Shown: positions 13,917 to 27,800 of the stretch, in pieces
Layout: every line of letters begins with the position of its first letter
Position numbering within the stretch: the first letter of the stretch is position 1
NCBI GenBank assembly: GCA_032718475.1
Contig: JAUCBJ010006053.1
Span: forward strand, 1-64,000
Reading direction: 5' to 3'
Length of the DNA: 64,000 bases
Source of the DNA: Nemertoderma westbladi
Taxonomy: Eukaryota; Animalia; Xenacoelomorpha
Notes under the pieces: generated by a model
Databases searched by the model: none
Seen by the model: the letters and a program-made list of their open reading frames with translations, nothing else
Told to the model about the DNA's origin: nothing
Made by a program: the position numbers and the translations under genes

Positions 13917-14286
13917 TACACCAAACAATGTACCGGTATAAAGGTATTGTCCAACATAACATAGGATTACCCCTAAAGCTTTGCAGCTTATTTCCAAGGG
14001 GGTCCTTTATGTTACTTGGTTACAAATACAATATTACACTATGCTAACCTAAAACCAATATAAAACGTAATTACACTATGTACATGTACAACTTTAACGA
14101 GAGCGTGACAATGTCCGACTCAACGATAAAGATGTAATGTACAGAACAATTAAAAATAAAACGTAATTACAGTATAAATATTAAATAATTAATAAACTAA
14201 TAACTTACTGTAGGACATATTGTACCTATTTTTACATTGCACACGGAGGTGAGATTTAACTGCAGATTTAAAAGAATGTTGATTAT

Positions 14287-16841
14287 TTAGGTTTTTAATT
14301 TCATTAGGCAGAGCGTTCCAATTGTTAATGCCGTTAAAAAAGAAGTATCAGATTCAAAGGATTTACAATTCGGGAGGTAGAACTTTGAAGCACTAGCTCT
14401 GGTACTGTAAGAGTGTGTATCGCTAATTGGGACATTTACCATTATACACTTTATGCACATGGTTAAGGCGTAGCTGCTTAACTCTAACATCTAAGTTAAG
14501 TAGTCCAGATTCAGAAAAGTCATCTGGAGTTAGGTGGTGCCTAGGTTTGTAGTCTTTAATAAATCGTACTACTTTATTCTGAGCTACTTGTAATTTACAT
14601 TTAAGCTGTTTGGTTAAGCCTTCATACCAAGAAGAGCACGCATAGTCCATGTGACACTGTATAAAAGAAGAGCAAAGTAACCTGCGGGAGTCGGTGTTCA
14701 AACTATTTTTATTTCTGTATAGAAACCTAAGCCTACTGTTTTACTTTCGAGAAAATATTTTTCACTGTGCTTTCTCCTGATAAGCAGTTATCCAATGTGG
14801 CGCCTAAATATTTAACTTCCTTTTTATTTTCAATCTTATGTCCATTACTAGTGACTTCAAACTTAGTTACCTTCTTTAACTTTCTTTTGGAACCAAACAA
14901 AATACTTTCAGTCTTACCGTAGTGAATGGATAGCTTATTATCAACCAACCACTCATTACAGGATTCTAGAACTGCACTTAACTTTTGGGAAATATGGATA
15001 GGATCTTTATGAGAGAAAATAAGAGCACTGTCGTCGGCATATAAAATGAGTTTAAAATCGGGATCTATACTACTTATCATATCATTTACATAGCATACAA
15101 AAAGCAGAGGACCTAATATACTACCTTGCGGTACACCACAAGTAATCTCTTGTACAGTAGACTGCGATTTGCTAATGACTACAGTTTGACCTCTGTCTGA
15201 CAGGTACGACTTGAACCAGCCTATAGAACCTACACCCATCAGGCCTAACTTACCAAGCAGAATTTCATGATCTACAGTATCGAAAGCCTTTTGTAGGTCC
15301 AACATTACCATACCAGTATATAAACCCTTTGCGTTATTACATCTAATTGTATCAGTTAAGTTAATAAGGCAGGTGTCTGTAGAATATGATTTACGAAAAC
15401 CGGACTGAAGTTCATAGATCAGATTTAGCCTACTAAGATGTGCTTCCAGCTGTAGAAAAACAGAACGTTCTAGAATTTTAGATACAATACTTAAGATACT
15501 AACAGGTCTGTAATTACAGGGTTCTACTTTACTATTCTTTTTATACAGAGGAACAACCTTAGCTAATTTCAGTTCGTCTGGTACTACATTATCTACGATA
15601 GAGAAATTAATAATAAAAGTAATAGGCACTTTAAGTACTTCAGCACCATCCTTAAGAAAACGGGCAGGTATTAGGTCTAGACCGGTACTTTTTGAGGCTG
15701 ATAGGCTAAGTAGATTTTTAAAAACGAAATCCTCAGAAACGGGTTTTAAAAATAACTTTTCTGAATTTTGTAACTTTTCTAAATAAAAATTGTTTAGAGT
15801 TTCGGACCCTATACTATATTTATTACTTGATAACGGTAATTTCTTAACTAAATTAGAGGCAACATTAGTAAAATAATTATTAAATAAATTACTAACTAGA
15901 GTATGATCATGAATCAGCTCACCGTTATCTTGCAGAACAATATTCGATTTAGATTTAAGGTTTTTATAACCTAAAGATTTTAGGGTAGACCATAGACTTT
16001 TAGGATTATCTTTATTCTCACTTATTTTGTTGTACAAATATTCAGATTTAGCTTTTTTTATTTCCCGTTGGACAAGGTTTCTATATTTGCAGTAATTATT
16101 ATAATCAGCTAAAACACGGTATTTCCTAAATTTATACAAATAGTTATCTCTTTCTCTGATATTACTAAGAATACCCGAGGTCATCCAGGGCTCAGTGCGT
16201 TGTTTAAGACAGATTTCTTTAATTGGTGCTACAGTATTAAGTGCCTTTAGAAATATATCTTTAAAAACAGTGTACGCAAGGTTAATGTCAGCGGCCTTAA
16301 AACAGGGTTCCCAGTCAGAATTTACTAACAAACTTAAAAAGCGTTCCTTGCTGTAATTTTTCATAGACCTAACTAACAGTTACTGTTTTATGATCCCCGA
16401 AAAAAGATTTTTGTGTTTTTTCTTTCTTGTGCAAAAAACTATAAAATGATCGCTTAGACCTATCGGTAAAACCCCAAATTGAGAAATAATATCGGTATTA
16501 TTACAAAGGATGTGATCTAGTAAAGTAGAAGTTTTACTGGTAATTCTGGTAGAATCTCGAATAATTTGTTTTAAACCAAACAAATTTAAAATACTTTGGT
16601 ACTGATGATGGGGGATTGCTTTGGTGATGGGGGATGCTTTGTGATGGTAACAGATATTAAAATCACCTAAGAAATATATTTCACAGTCTGACCTAATATT
16701 ACATAAAATTGTTTTTTCAAAATTTTGCAAAAAATCTGATTGTTTAGGGGGCCGATATAAAGTACCGATTAAAATAGGTTTAGTTTTAGGAAGTAAAAGT
16801 TCCACCAATAAAACTTTTAAAAGTTTCACTCTCAGCATCAC
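14287..16841 (-). pseudogene. LINE ORF2 (endonuclease + reverse transcriptase), frameshifted
   Basis: [43 protein letters not shown] and KYLG motifs in ORF 14733..16364; adjacent ORFs continue the protein. Confidence 0.93.
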
Positions 16842-17044
16842 TTGGAGTTTGCAGAGGCGATGTGAGGAATGAATCGTCGGTTTCTGATTCTAAAATAGTA
16901 TCATGAAAGGGAAGTTCGGTAAAAATACAGCTATTGTAGAGAAAACTTGGCTCAAGATTGTTTCTGGTGGAGAATAAATTACTGCTTTTCCTACGGTAAC
17001 ATTTTAAATGTACAAATGTGTCACAACTCTGTACTGTGTACATT

Positions 17045-17360
17045 TAACGAATGGACCACGAATAATTTTAAGCGTGGCGTGGCTAAGCATTCGTATCGCA
17101 TGTGGTACGAACGAATGAACCACGAATTATTTTTTGTGTGGAGTGGAAGCATTCGTATCGCATGTGCCACGAATGATGAGCCACGAATATATTTACAAGT
17201 GAAATCTCACATGCGATACGAATACTATACGCATTCGTTAAATTATTCGGACTGACGAACCATTGACGAAGGCTTCACGAATCTTAAATAACATTGCACG
17301 CACCTTTTACGAATGCTGCATGTGGTACGAATGCGTTACGCATGGGGATTTTTTACTGGG
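17045..17360. repeat. Inserted repeat fragment separating the LINE 2A-like peptide from its PHD
   Basis: Direct and inverted copies of gcattcgtatcgcatgtg / cacgaat; ends ...ttttactggg; the other terminus was not found. Confidence 0.55.
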
Positions 17361-17753
17361 TTGGTCTCAATATCCCCAGCCAGAGACAGAAGACAGAGTT
17401 TGGCGATTAGGCCTCTAGTTCGTGGAGAGGAGACCCAAGATCTTCTTCCCCGACGAGAGCAGTAGAGGCTAAATCCACTCGTCAACCACATCTCCGTCGA
17501 TTCGGCGAGGCAGTTCGAAACGGTAGCGACAGGGTGTTCGGCAAACCAGTCCAATATGGGTATTGGGTGGGTTGCAGGGTTACCCCGCGGATCGGATGGT
17601 TCTGCCACAACGAAACGGCCCAGAATGATGACAACTTTGGAGATTAAGAGCGGTGACATTGTGCTGTCTGGCTGTAGTCTGATTAAAAGATAAAAACTGT
17701 ATAGGCCTAGTACCAGTATCTTTCTTGGTCTTATTGTCGGCAGGCCTACAGCT

Positions 17754-18359
17754 GGTACGTACTAAAAGGTAGAACGATCTATAACGGGCTATAACTTCCC
17801 CATAACAAGCTATAACCACCTATAACGAGCTATAATCTGAAAATTTACAATAAAAAAACCTATTTTCGAATGGATTTATTATCCTAGTCAGTAATTTAAT
17901 TAAGCAATTTGGTTTTTTAGTCCATAATGCTTTTCATCTTTGTGGTATCACGAAATCAGTCATTACTGCATTAGTTAGCATGCCACTACTGCATTATCTG
18001 ACTTTCAGACAGTGCAGCAGAGGAGAGGTCTCTCATCTCTCTGTCTATCCTCCATCCTGCTATATCCGCTGTCAGCTTCTGGTCGATATAGAATACAGGA
18101 ATGTGAGCAATATAGGCCAATAAAAAAAACTTACCAGTATCAATTAGGCATAGGCAGATAGGCCTACCCAAATTTTTAACCTGCGGGATTTTTCAGACCA
18201 CCGTGTTAATCCAAAAGTTAAACACCCAAGGGGTGTTTTTTAATGTAAATTTTCATATTATAGCTCGTTACAGGTGGTTATAGCCTGTTTATAGGAAATT
18301 ATAGCCCGTTATAGATCGTTATAGCCTGTTATAGATCGTTCTACATTTTAGTACGTACC
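17754..18359. mobile_element. MITE with 9-bp TSD (Merlin- or MULE-type)
   Basis: TIR GGTACGTACTAAAA.GTAGAACGATCTATAAC; TSD CCTACAGCT (17745-53, 18360-68); subterminal ctataac repeats. Confidence 0.9.
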
Positions 18360-18605
18360 CCTACAGCTGTTCTATTCCAGGCAGCAATGGAAGCTGCTGG
18401 CCCATTCTCAACTAGGTAATAATATATACATCACAAAATAATATAAATTGCTGCAACAAAAAAGTTATGTAGAGCTTCCAAACGTGTTTCATCGAATTAT
18501 TTCAGCAAAATATAAATATTGGAGTTCTTTTTCAACCCACCCACCCGCCGTTGAAATATTTAGTATCTAAAATATATTTTACTTTTGGGTTTTGATTATA
18601 TTTGA

Positions 18606-18652
18606 AATATTTTCTGAACAGATATTCTGCGAATATCTGTTCAGAAAATATT
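18606..18652. repeat. Perfect hairpin, 22-bp stem and 3-nt loop
   Basis: aatattttctgaacagatattc-tgc-gaatatctgttcagaaaatatt. Confidence 0.95.
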
Positions 18653-19925
18653 ATTGGGTAGATTACGCAAAAAGTGGCCAAAATTGTGTCAGACGTAATT
18701 TCGCCATTCCATGAGCCATAACTCAGCAGAAAATAACCCAAACCATATAAACCTATATATATTTCTATAGAGCGAATTTTCGCCCATTTTTTGGCATTGG
18801 TTTTAAGCAATTTGACATATATTTTCCTTGGATTACAAGCACGAAATATTTTCCTTGGATTACAAGCACGAAATGGACATATGATGCGATGTCCAATGCT
18901 AAGTTTTTGAGATACAAACGATCATAACCAAATGTCAGTAAGAGATACTTCCAGTAAACTATATATCAGCTAAAAGCTTATTTCATGATCTACAATCCAG
19001 TACTAGTCGTTACTGGGGTACACTTCTTTATAGTTTTGTTTTTTGAGGAATGAAAAATGCTACATGTCGTTTTTATAAATTTTTTAGGTGTTGTAACGCT
19101 CATTTTTGAAACATATTTTTTTATTGTGAAATGTGTTTGTTTCAAGGTAAGTATTTTCCGAAAGATAATTTTAGTGGCTATCCATACATATACAAATAAA
19201 CGCTAATCGATAAGTCCAGCAGAAATTATGCCCAAAAGTTTGCCAAGTAGTTTTTTTACGTCATTGGAAATGTCCATCTTGTAACGCCCTTATTTTTGCT
19301 ATAACTTTTCTTCCACAAATCGGATTTACTTAATGTAAAGTTTATTTATACCGCTTCTGAAAGCGCTATCTAATGATATACAAGGTCAAGCTTTCACGTT
19401 AACCTAATGAGATTGCTAAGCATGTCCACAGTTGTCCTGCATGTAACAGTATGTCACGCATTGTAACGCTGTCTCACTTGTAACGCATGCATGAGCATAA
19501 ACTTTCGTTACAGATGAGACATGTCCAAAATGCAACGCATGTATAAACAAATTATTTGCGTTACAGATGAGACATGTCCAAAATGTAACGCCAAAAGAAC
19601 ATAAATTAGAGAGTTGATATTTATTTGAACCACAATTTTCCTTTCCTCTTATTGGCTAAAAAAATGCAATAATGAAACCTGATGTTAAAGTAGAGGGAAT
19701 TTTAAAAAGGAAAGCAGGGTCTCATTGTTCTGAAGCTATTATAGTTATATTAGTATAGCTAAATAATAGTTAGGGTTCATTTATTACATTAATTGAGACA
19801 CTAAAATACTGGGACATAGGCTACCTATGATAAATATCCTGGTTGTTACCTAAAAATTCAATGGAAAGAAAATTTAATGGAGAGGGAAACAGCGGCGGAG
19901 CGCCAATGGATTAACTAGAGAAAGG

Positions 19926-22745
19926 GTGCGGAAATTTCGACAGGCGAAAAAAGACGACTCTGAATGGAAAGATACACAGGCTTTGAAAGCACGTGAAAGG
20001 CGAGCTGCAAGAAAGCTTGAAGGTGACGTTTTGCTGACACGAGCTTCTGCAGCGCAGTATCGTTTGAAAATACACACTCAATGTGTGAAATGGGCAGCAA
20101 CAAAAAGAGAACAACGGAAGAATCATGACAAAAAGGGAATGGAAATTGATTCTGAAAATGTTTCTCTAAATGTACCGAAACGTTCCACTGCAGCAAAGCG
20201 CCGCCGTCGGTTGAATACGGATAGAAAAAACTGTATCATTAAACATTTACAACGAAAATTGGAACTAGCCCAGAAACGCAATAATTCCTTGAGTCGTAGA
20301 ATCCTCCGGAACCAAATTCAATGCGCTAGATGTAAGACAACTTCCATGACACCTGCGCAGACAGTTTTGAAGTCTGTTACTAAATCGTTGACACCACGGT
20401 CTAAACAGAAATCTGTTTCGCGACTAAAGAATCGAAAGGAGGTTTTGAAAGATTTACGAAACCTTGGTTGCAGAATTCGGTTAAGTAATAGATTCCAACG
20501 TACATCTGAAATGAGTGCTCAACGAGCAGCTTCACTTCGTGAAGCGGTTGAGGGTTTTGTGAGACGGGACGACGTATCAAAAGAGTGTCCTGATAAGTCG
20601 AAAAAGTCAATTGATGTTAGATTCGGTCATATAACGTCAGAGGTTCCCTTGCGATATCAAATGGAAAATCTTCTTATCTTACATTCTCGGTTTCTTTATG
20701 AAACAGGAAAAGAAATTTCGTACTCAGTGTTTACTAGATACTGGCCACGCGACGTCATTCAACCTAGAGCATCGGACTGGGGAACATGTTTATGCGTTAT
20801 CTGCGTGAATCCACAGTTAATGGTAGAAAGTTTGGTGGCGGCCAAGTTATTGCCCACTGGAAGTGTTGCTTGTGAAATCGCATTTCGTGAGAATAGTAAT
20901 TGGTCAAAGAGTATTAAATGTTCTAGTATCAAAAACATAGAAGTCCAGCAATGGATAAATGATTATGATGTCGATAAGGGTAAGAGGTTCTGGCGTAAAG
21001 TGACTAGATCTATTCGCTTGAAGTCGTTTACTGATATTATAGTAAAGGAATTGGATGGACTTAAAGCACACATTGAGTGAGTTAAGGCGCAGTTTTCTGC
21101 AATCAAGGGTGTGAAGGCAAAACGGGATAAACGAAGTATCATTATTCATGCCGATTGGAATGAAAATTATGCTGCACCAAATCCTGGAGAAATACATAGC
21201 GCTTACTATGATAAAAGATCTGTTTCACTTCATCCAATGTTAGTTTGGAAAGGAGACGAAGAGAAAGCCACCTCCTACATTGCTATGAGTGAAGATACAA
21301 AGCACAAGGCTGCGGCTGTTTTCACCAGTATTCGTATGGTAATGAGAGAGGCGATGAAAGAAGTGAAGGCTGAACTCAACTCCGAGTGTGTTGAAAATGT
21401 TACAATAATTAGCGATTCACCCTCCTCGCAATATCGTAATAGGTATATTCTGTACTTATTTCAGAAGTATTGTACTGAAATTAAGAAGAACTGCAGATGG
21501 ATATATCTGGAGGCTGGACACGGGAAGAGCCCGGTGGATGGAATAGGAGCAACGGCAAAACGAGTCCTGGATTCCGCCATTAGCCTGCATGTTTGTGACG
21601 ATACTCCGACCTTTGGCAGGATGGTAGATATGTTGCGATCGAGAATAATCTCAAAAGTTATCACCTATACAAGTGGCGACATAGGGAAAGTGAATAATAC
21701 ACTAAAATCGGTAAATATACGTCCAGTTGTTGGCATTGGGAAATGTCACGATGTGCTATATATCCCCAACTCTACTGCTGTTATTATGAAGAAGAAGTCT
21801 TGCAATCTAAATGATTGTGAACTGAGATGCCTTCAGCATGGAATTATATGGAATGTTCTGTTTGGCAAGAAGGGGCTCAGTAAGGAAGTGAAAAAAAACG
21901 ATGGGTGTGGAGACAAGGTGGATGGGAGTGGAGACGAGGTGGATGGGAGTGGTGACGAGGTGGATGGGAGTGGAGACGAGGTGGATGGGAGTGGAGACGA
22001 AGTGGATGGGAGTGGAGACGAGGTTGGGAGTGGAGACGAGGTGGATGAGAGTGGAGACGAGGTGGATGGGAGTGGAGACGAGGTGGATGGGAGTGGAAAG
22101 GAGGTGGATGGGAGTGGAGACGAGGTGGATGGGAGTGCAGACGAGGTGGATGGGAGTGGAGACGAGGTGGATGGAAGTGGAGACGAGGTGGATGGGAGTG
22201 GAGACGAGGTGGATGGGAGTGGAGACGAAGTGGATGGGAGTGGAGACGAGGTGGATGGGAGTGGAGACGAGGTGGATTGGAGTGGAGACGAGGTGGATGG
22301 GAGTGGAGACGAAGTGGATGGGAGTGGAGACAAGGTGGATGGGAGTGGAGATGAGGTGGATGGGAGTGGAGACGAGGTGGATGGGAGTGGAGACGAAGTG
22401 GATGGGAGTAGAGACGAGGTGGATGGTAGTGGAGACGAGGTGGATGGGAGTGGAGACGAGGTGGATGGGAGTGGAAAGGAGGTGGATGGGAGTGGAGACG
22501 AGGTGGATGGGAGTGGAGACGAGGTGGATGGGAGTGGAGACGAGGTGGATGGGAGTGGAGACGAGGTGGATGGGAGTGGAGACGAGGTGGATGGGAGTGG
22601 AGATGGGAGTGGAAAGGAGGTGGATGGGAGTGGAGATTGTAATATTGTATGTTGTAATATTGCATATAACTGTATCATAATAATTTCGATATTATGTCAT
22701 AATAAAATGCCTCCAAATTATTTCTTATTTGATTGGTCAGTTTAA
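19926..22745 (+). pseudogene. Sola2-like transposase with one in-frame stop (21078-21080)
   Basis: TCLCVICVN, HADWNENY, EIHSAYY..SLHP, SDSPSSQYRNR and EAGHGKSPVDGIGATAKR motifs; ORFs 19926 and 21111 are in the same frame. Confidence 0.8.
21902..22635 (+). repeat. 21-bp minisatellite (~35 units), reads GDEVDGS in the transposase frame
   Basis: Unit gtggatgggagtggagacgag. Confidence 0.97.
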
Positions 22746-23269
22746 ACTCTAGCGACTACCTGATTGGTTTAAACTTGCGTTACATATGAGACAAATCGTT
22801 ACCGACAGGACATAAGTTTTTCGTCCATAACTTCTTTACTATTGGTGGAAAAAATGAACCACTATGAAATTTGAAATCAGCACATAAAGGGCTTTCAAAA
22901 TATGTATGGTTTGATAGGGTTTGCGAACAATTTTTTTTTAATTTTTTAACCTGGAATTTGGCCATTTTTTGCGTAATCGACCCATTGATGTTTGCAGATG
23001 TGCTCATTGTTATTTTGGAATTGACTATCACAATAACTGTAGGGACATGGAATATCCATTGTGCAGTAAGGTAGAGTGAATACAGTATTAGAGTAAGTGG
23101 CAACAAACAGATAACTATTTTGTATAAGGCATATTATATTATGTGTGCTGTGGTCCCACTTTACTGTAACGAAATGAGTTTTTATTTTAAAAATAGCATT
23201 GAAACGCCAATAAAGAAATTAAAATAAAGTCAAGAAATATACCGCAAAAAATAAAGAAATTTTTAACAT

Positions 23270-24890
23270 CACACGGTAAATTCGCTATGGATCCTGTTCA
23301 GAGATAGACTCATTCTTGTGGTTGCTATGCATACACACCTTCGTTGCTAAGGCTTCTAGCGGGCAATAAAAATATTTTGCCAACAAATATTGTTTGAAAT
23401 CACATATTTTCAACTAATTTCAACCAACTGCTTTCTCGTTGCTATGGTTGATACCTAGTTGCTATGGAAACAAACCTCTGTTGTTAAGGTGTGGTCGTCA
23501 AATATATAATGTAATTGTGTAATCCAAAAAAGGTCCACATGCAAATATTCACCAATAACCAACTAATCGTTCATCCGTTGCTATGCAATACACTTTGCTA
23601 TGGAAAATGACTATTGCCAACTTTTGTCAGTCTATAACCTATATTGCATAGTAAGCATGACATAAACATTTAACTGCATGATGGTTGCTATGGACTATAC
23701 CTTGTTGTTTATGGTAAAGACCCCCTGTTGCTATGGTGTGGTCCCTAAGTATATCATATAATTATAATAATCAATCTATGTCTACATACAAATTTTCAAC
23801 AAAAACCAACCAACCCTTCGTCTGTTGCCACTGTATGTACAGGAATACACATCTGTTGCCATGGATACTGACTGGCATAGTCTTACCAACTTCACACATG
23901 TCTGTCTACCAACTACCCAGGCATACTGTAATCTTTCAACAATGAGGCAACGCATTGACATTTGGATGCAAGTTATATTTATTTTAACAACGATTTTGTA
24001 ATAATTTTGTAGCAACCTTGATAAATTAGCTTGAGGCGTTGCCATGGGCAACATGTTACACTTTGGGACCCTAGACAATTTTTACCGCGTCTAAAACGGC
24101 CTATTTACTGAGGAAACAACAAATTAAAACCGCGGTAAGGAATACCTATTGAGTTAGAAGTGCTTTTATTCAATTCATACAGCAGCTGCCATGACGACAG
24201 AGATACAACGCAAAATTATGATACTCAAATATTATGAAAATTAGCTAAAATGTGGAATTTTTTCAGGAAATCCTTAAGTCCATGTTAATGAAATCCGGAT
24301 ATTTAGTGCATTCGAAAGCTAAGAGTATTATCTATCTTTATATGTAAAGAACTCGTCATGAAACCTACGGGAAGTTACATTTTAATGAGATCGTGTTTTT
24401 GTGTGAATTGGCGTGACACCAAAATATTGTCGTTCAATCTTGAATAAAACTGAGCCATCGGCATGAAATGTTATAAATGATACATAATTAGTTGCGTAAA
24501 CACATAATCTATCGATTAGGAAAAAAAAATATTGAAAAAAATATGAATGGAAGCGGCCAAAATCGTATATAGTACATAATAAATAATTTATAACTATTTA
24601 TAATAGTTATAAATAGCCTGTCACTTGTATAAATTTACGAAATTCATTGACGCCAGGCATGTCACATAATTATATTTTCATAATTTAATAAAAAAATTCA
24701 TTCAAAAATGAGACAACTATAAAATTATTCTGTTTTGAAATTTCAGAATAATTAACAAGCGTTGTGGCAATAGGTGCAAGGTCACAGTTATCTCAAATAT
24801 CACCTTATATCCCAGTTGCTATGGAAACTAAGGTGACTAAGGAAACTATATGCTCTAGAAAAAATTCCCCAAGGATGCCGAAGTGGCACC
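23270..24890. repeat. Non-coding repeat remnant rich in GTTGCTATGG/GTTGCCATGG motifs
   Basis: More than 10 copies or close variants of gttgctatgg; termini not resolved. Confidence 0.5.
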
Positions 24891-24892
24891 TT

Positions 24893-27800
24893 GAAAAACG
24901 AAAATATTTCCCGGAGCCCTTTTAAAATTATTTAGTAATTAAATTATTAACTAATATTACTAATATTAAATTTATTTAAAATAAATGAACAGACTAAATT
25001 CTTATCATGTTATGTTGGCAATGTTGCATGGAATCCAAAAAATGAAAAACAATATTAATTGGCGGAGTCCATTTGTAATTATTTAATAATTAAATTATTA
25101 AATAATATTAATAATATTACTAACGTTAAATTACAATGAACTTTCGAAATACTTAATAACTCATCTTCGCAAAGTTTCTTGAAGTCCAAAATATGGAATG
25201 AAGGAAATGGTTGAGTCCGTTTTTTATTAATATTTATTAGTTAAATTATAATTATTAATAAAATAATTACATTTAACTAAATTAATGGACGAAATACAAG
25301 GCGTGGTGTGCTAGCTATGTTGCATAAGTTTTATAAATAGTGAAGGAAAATAATTGGCAGGGTCAATTTATCACTACTGTTTAATGTTTATGTAATCCAG
25401 ATATTATAAACAAAACATAAATATATATAGAAATATACTGTAGGAAATCACACATGTTGTGAATTGTATTCTGCTGTAGCTCGTAACAATTGCTCCCCAT
25501 ATTTAGGGTGGTTATCTCCTACTTTAAATTTTGCCCAAGTTGCCTCAAAATCGGCATGTACAGATTCAGAAGCCTGTTCGCTGAAATATCCCAGGCCCAA
25601 CTTCCGACTACTACAAAATTGTTCTACATGAAAAAATACTGCGTGAACTTTTGGTGTAATACTGATCTTCAGATCCATGTATAGTTTGCGAAATTCAGCC
25701 ACAGTTTCAATATAGTTTGGTTTGAGCCTCATTCCAAAGCATGCCGAAACCACTTCATTGAATGAAACAAAGGTTTCTAAATATTTATTATGAGATGCTG
25801 GACATAATTCTTTCAGTTTATCGAGAGACTTGAGGAGCTTACGTGATGAGTTTCCATTAAAAGTTCCCCCATGGAGAGCTTCTCTCTCTATGTTGCAAGC
25901 CTGAGGCCACTGAGTAACATCCGGCCAAACGCTTAGCAATGAGTTATACAGATGATTCACAGTACCCATCATTAGGTGCAACTCTGGTGGAGGTATGATG
26001 TCTAGAACTAAATCAGATTTGTTACCAATCGGAATCGGAATATGGACACAGTTATTAAATTCTTTGACTTTCCTTTCATCTCTCCCAGTTTCAGAGTTCC
26101 ATTCCCAAAAGTTTTCTTCTATATTAGCTAATGTGCGCATGTTTCCAACAGATCCAAGATCAGATTTATGGGCCTCACACCAGCTGCATGGAAAACTTGC
26201 CCCATGTGCCATGATACCGAGAATAATGTTGCATAGTTTTAAATCTGTGGCTAATATTGGAGGGGGATAAATATTACAAACTATTTGATTAAGTGAAAGT
26301 TTTAGCCAAATTTGCAACATGTTATAGTAGTTTTCTTGAATGTTGGGTGCAATGAATAACAACAGAGTCCGCTTTACCCCCGACTCAATGCGTTTTTTTG
26401 CTGCTACACCTTCCTCATACTTATGGCGCTTTCCAGTAGATTCTTCCTCTATCATTTCTACAGAAATAGGCGATATTGGTTGAATAAGATTAAGACAAAG
26501 TTTCAAAAAACCACCACCACCATCTACACCTATCTTCCACTGGAGATCTCCTATCTGATGTCGTTCCATTGACACATAATTCACAAAAGCCTTTATATCT
26601 TTGCAGAATACAGATTTTCTCAAAATATTTGTAACTGTATCAGGTTTGTGTTCTTTTTTAATGAACTTCATGTCTTCGCACTGGAAAAACTCATCCGCCT
26701 GGTGGTTAATGCTTTGTAATTTTGTTTCAAGGTGATGTTCAATAATATCACGGCTGCCTGCTGATGTGCGAATATGTGTTGCAAGACGAATGGTTTGGTT
26801 TGATGAAAGATTTAAATCAACTTGGATATGAGACATATCATCAGCAGAGAATAAAACTCGCTTGGCTGAGGAACTCTGTTCATCTTCTCCTTTTGAATTC
26901 CTTTTTGTACATATTTTTACAGGAAGCGGCCAACCACCAGATGGCTTTGACAAGTTTGTCACCTTGGAAGATGTTGCCTGATCATCTCCATCTGCTAGTT
27001 TAGCCTTGATAATATTGGTTGCAAATCTCTCTTTCGAAGTCGGTGTACCAGCAAGGCCATCTAGATTTTCAACCCGAGTTCCACGAGTGCATACATGTTT
27101 CAGCCCTGGACCAAGTTGAGAGAGGCAGTAACTACAGATCATGATTGGTTGAGGAATAAATCCGCCAGATGAAACATCAGCTGACGTAGAAGGCCGACCT
27201 TTCTTAGGATGTGAAACAGTAGTAGTTGGTAAAATATCTGCAGTTGGGATGGTGTTAAGGGCAGAACGGCGTGCAAAGTTACAAACCAAGCACTCACAAT
27301 TATCATTATCTACAGTTTGACTTCTGGTTAGTGGTCCCTGGGCCAGTAGAGAATGGTTAAAAAGTTTTATTTGACGAGTAAATATTCCTTTTGAATAATT
27401 ATGCAGAACCGTTCGACACGTTGCGCATATTGATGTTGGCAAACGAATATCATTAATATCATATCCATCCTTAAAAATAAACTGTTTGATATTTTCAAGT
27501 TGTGATGAAGTAATACTCCGCATCTGTTTAGTTTTGCCGAAGCAAAGAAGGCAAATTGCTCGTCGGGATTCATCATGGCTGCGTTTAGTTTTTGGCATTT
27601 TACTGTACTTAGATTAGTGGCATTGTACACAGAAAAAATTTCAATCTATCAATGAGACAATAAAATCAGGTGGTATATAATAATAAGAAATAATATTGAA
27701 AAATGAAAAATGAAAAACGACATAATATCACAGAATAACAAGTAAGTAATAATGAAAAATGGATAATGAAAAATGAAAAATTACAATATGGAAAACATAA

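Larger units (their letters stand above)
10627..17659 (-). mobile_element. CR1/L2-group (Crack-like) LINE, degenerate, with nested insertions
   Basis: Order on the minus strand: 2A-like peptide (17659-17356), PHD remnant (17043-16850), APE endonuclease (YRPP, GDFN, LLDHI, SDH), RT, 3' UTR ggacccc..gaaataagc..gcttt..ggggtaatcc (~14005-13963), then aataaa + (cta)n tail at 10627-10646 beyond the pogo insertion. Confidence 0.85.
18656..22983 (+). mobile_element. Sola2-like DNA transposon
   Basis: 27-bp TIR GGGT.GATTACGCAAAAA.TGGCCAAA / TTTGGCCATTTTTTGCGTAATCGACCC; ATT(G) on both flanks. Confidence 0.8.

Noticed and set aside
21833-22680. ORFs of 281, 262 and 259 aa (PLPSTSS, HSHPPRL and WMGVETR repeats)
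   Set aside because: Alternative frames of the stop-free 21-bp minisatellite.
25448-27598. True RAG1/ProtoRAG
   Set aside because: No RAG2-like ORF, RING domain or RSS-like ends seen; C-terminal motifs (TPKxH, GLG..EQ..ES.H) are closer to Chapaev.
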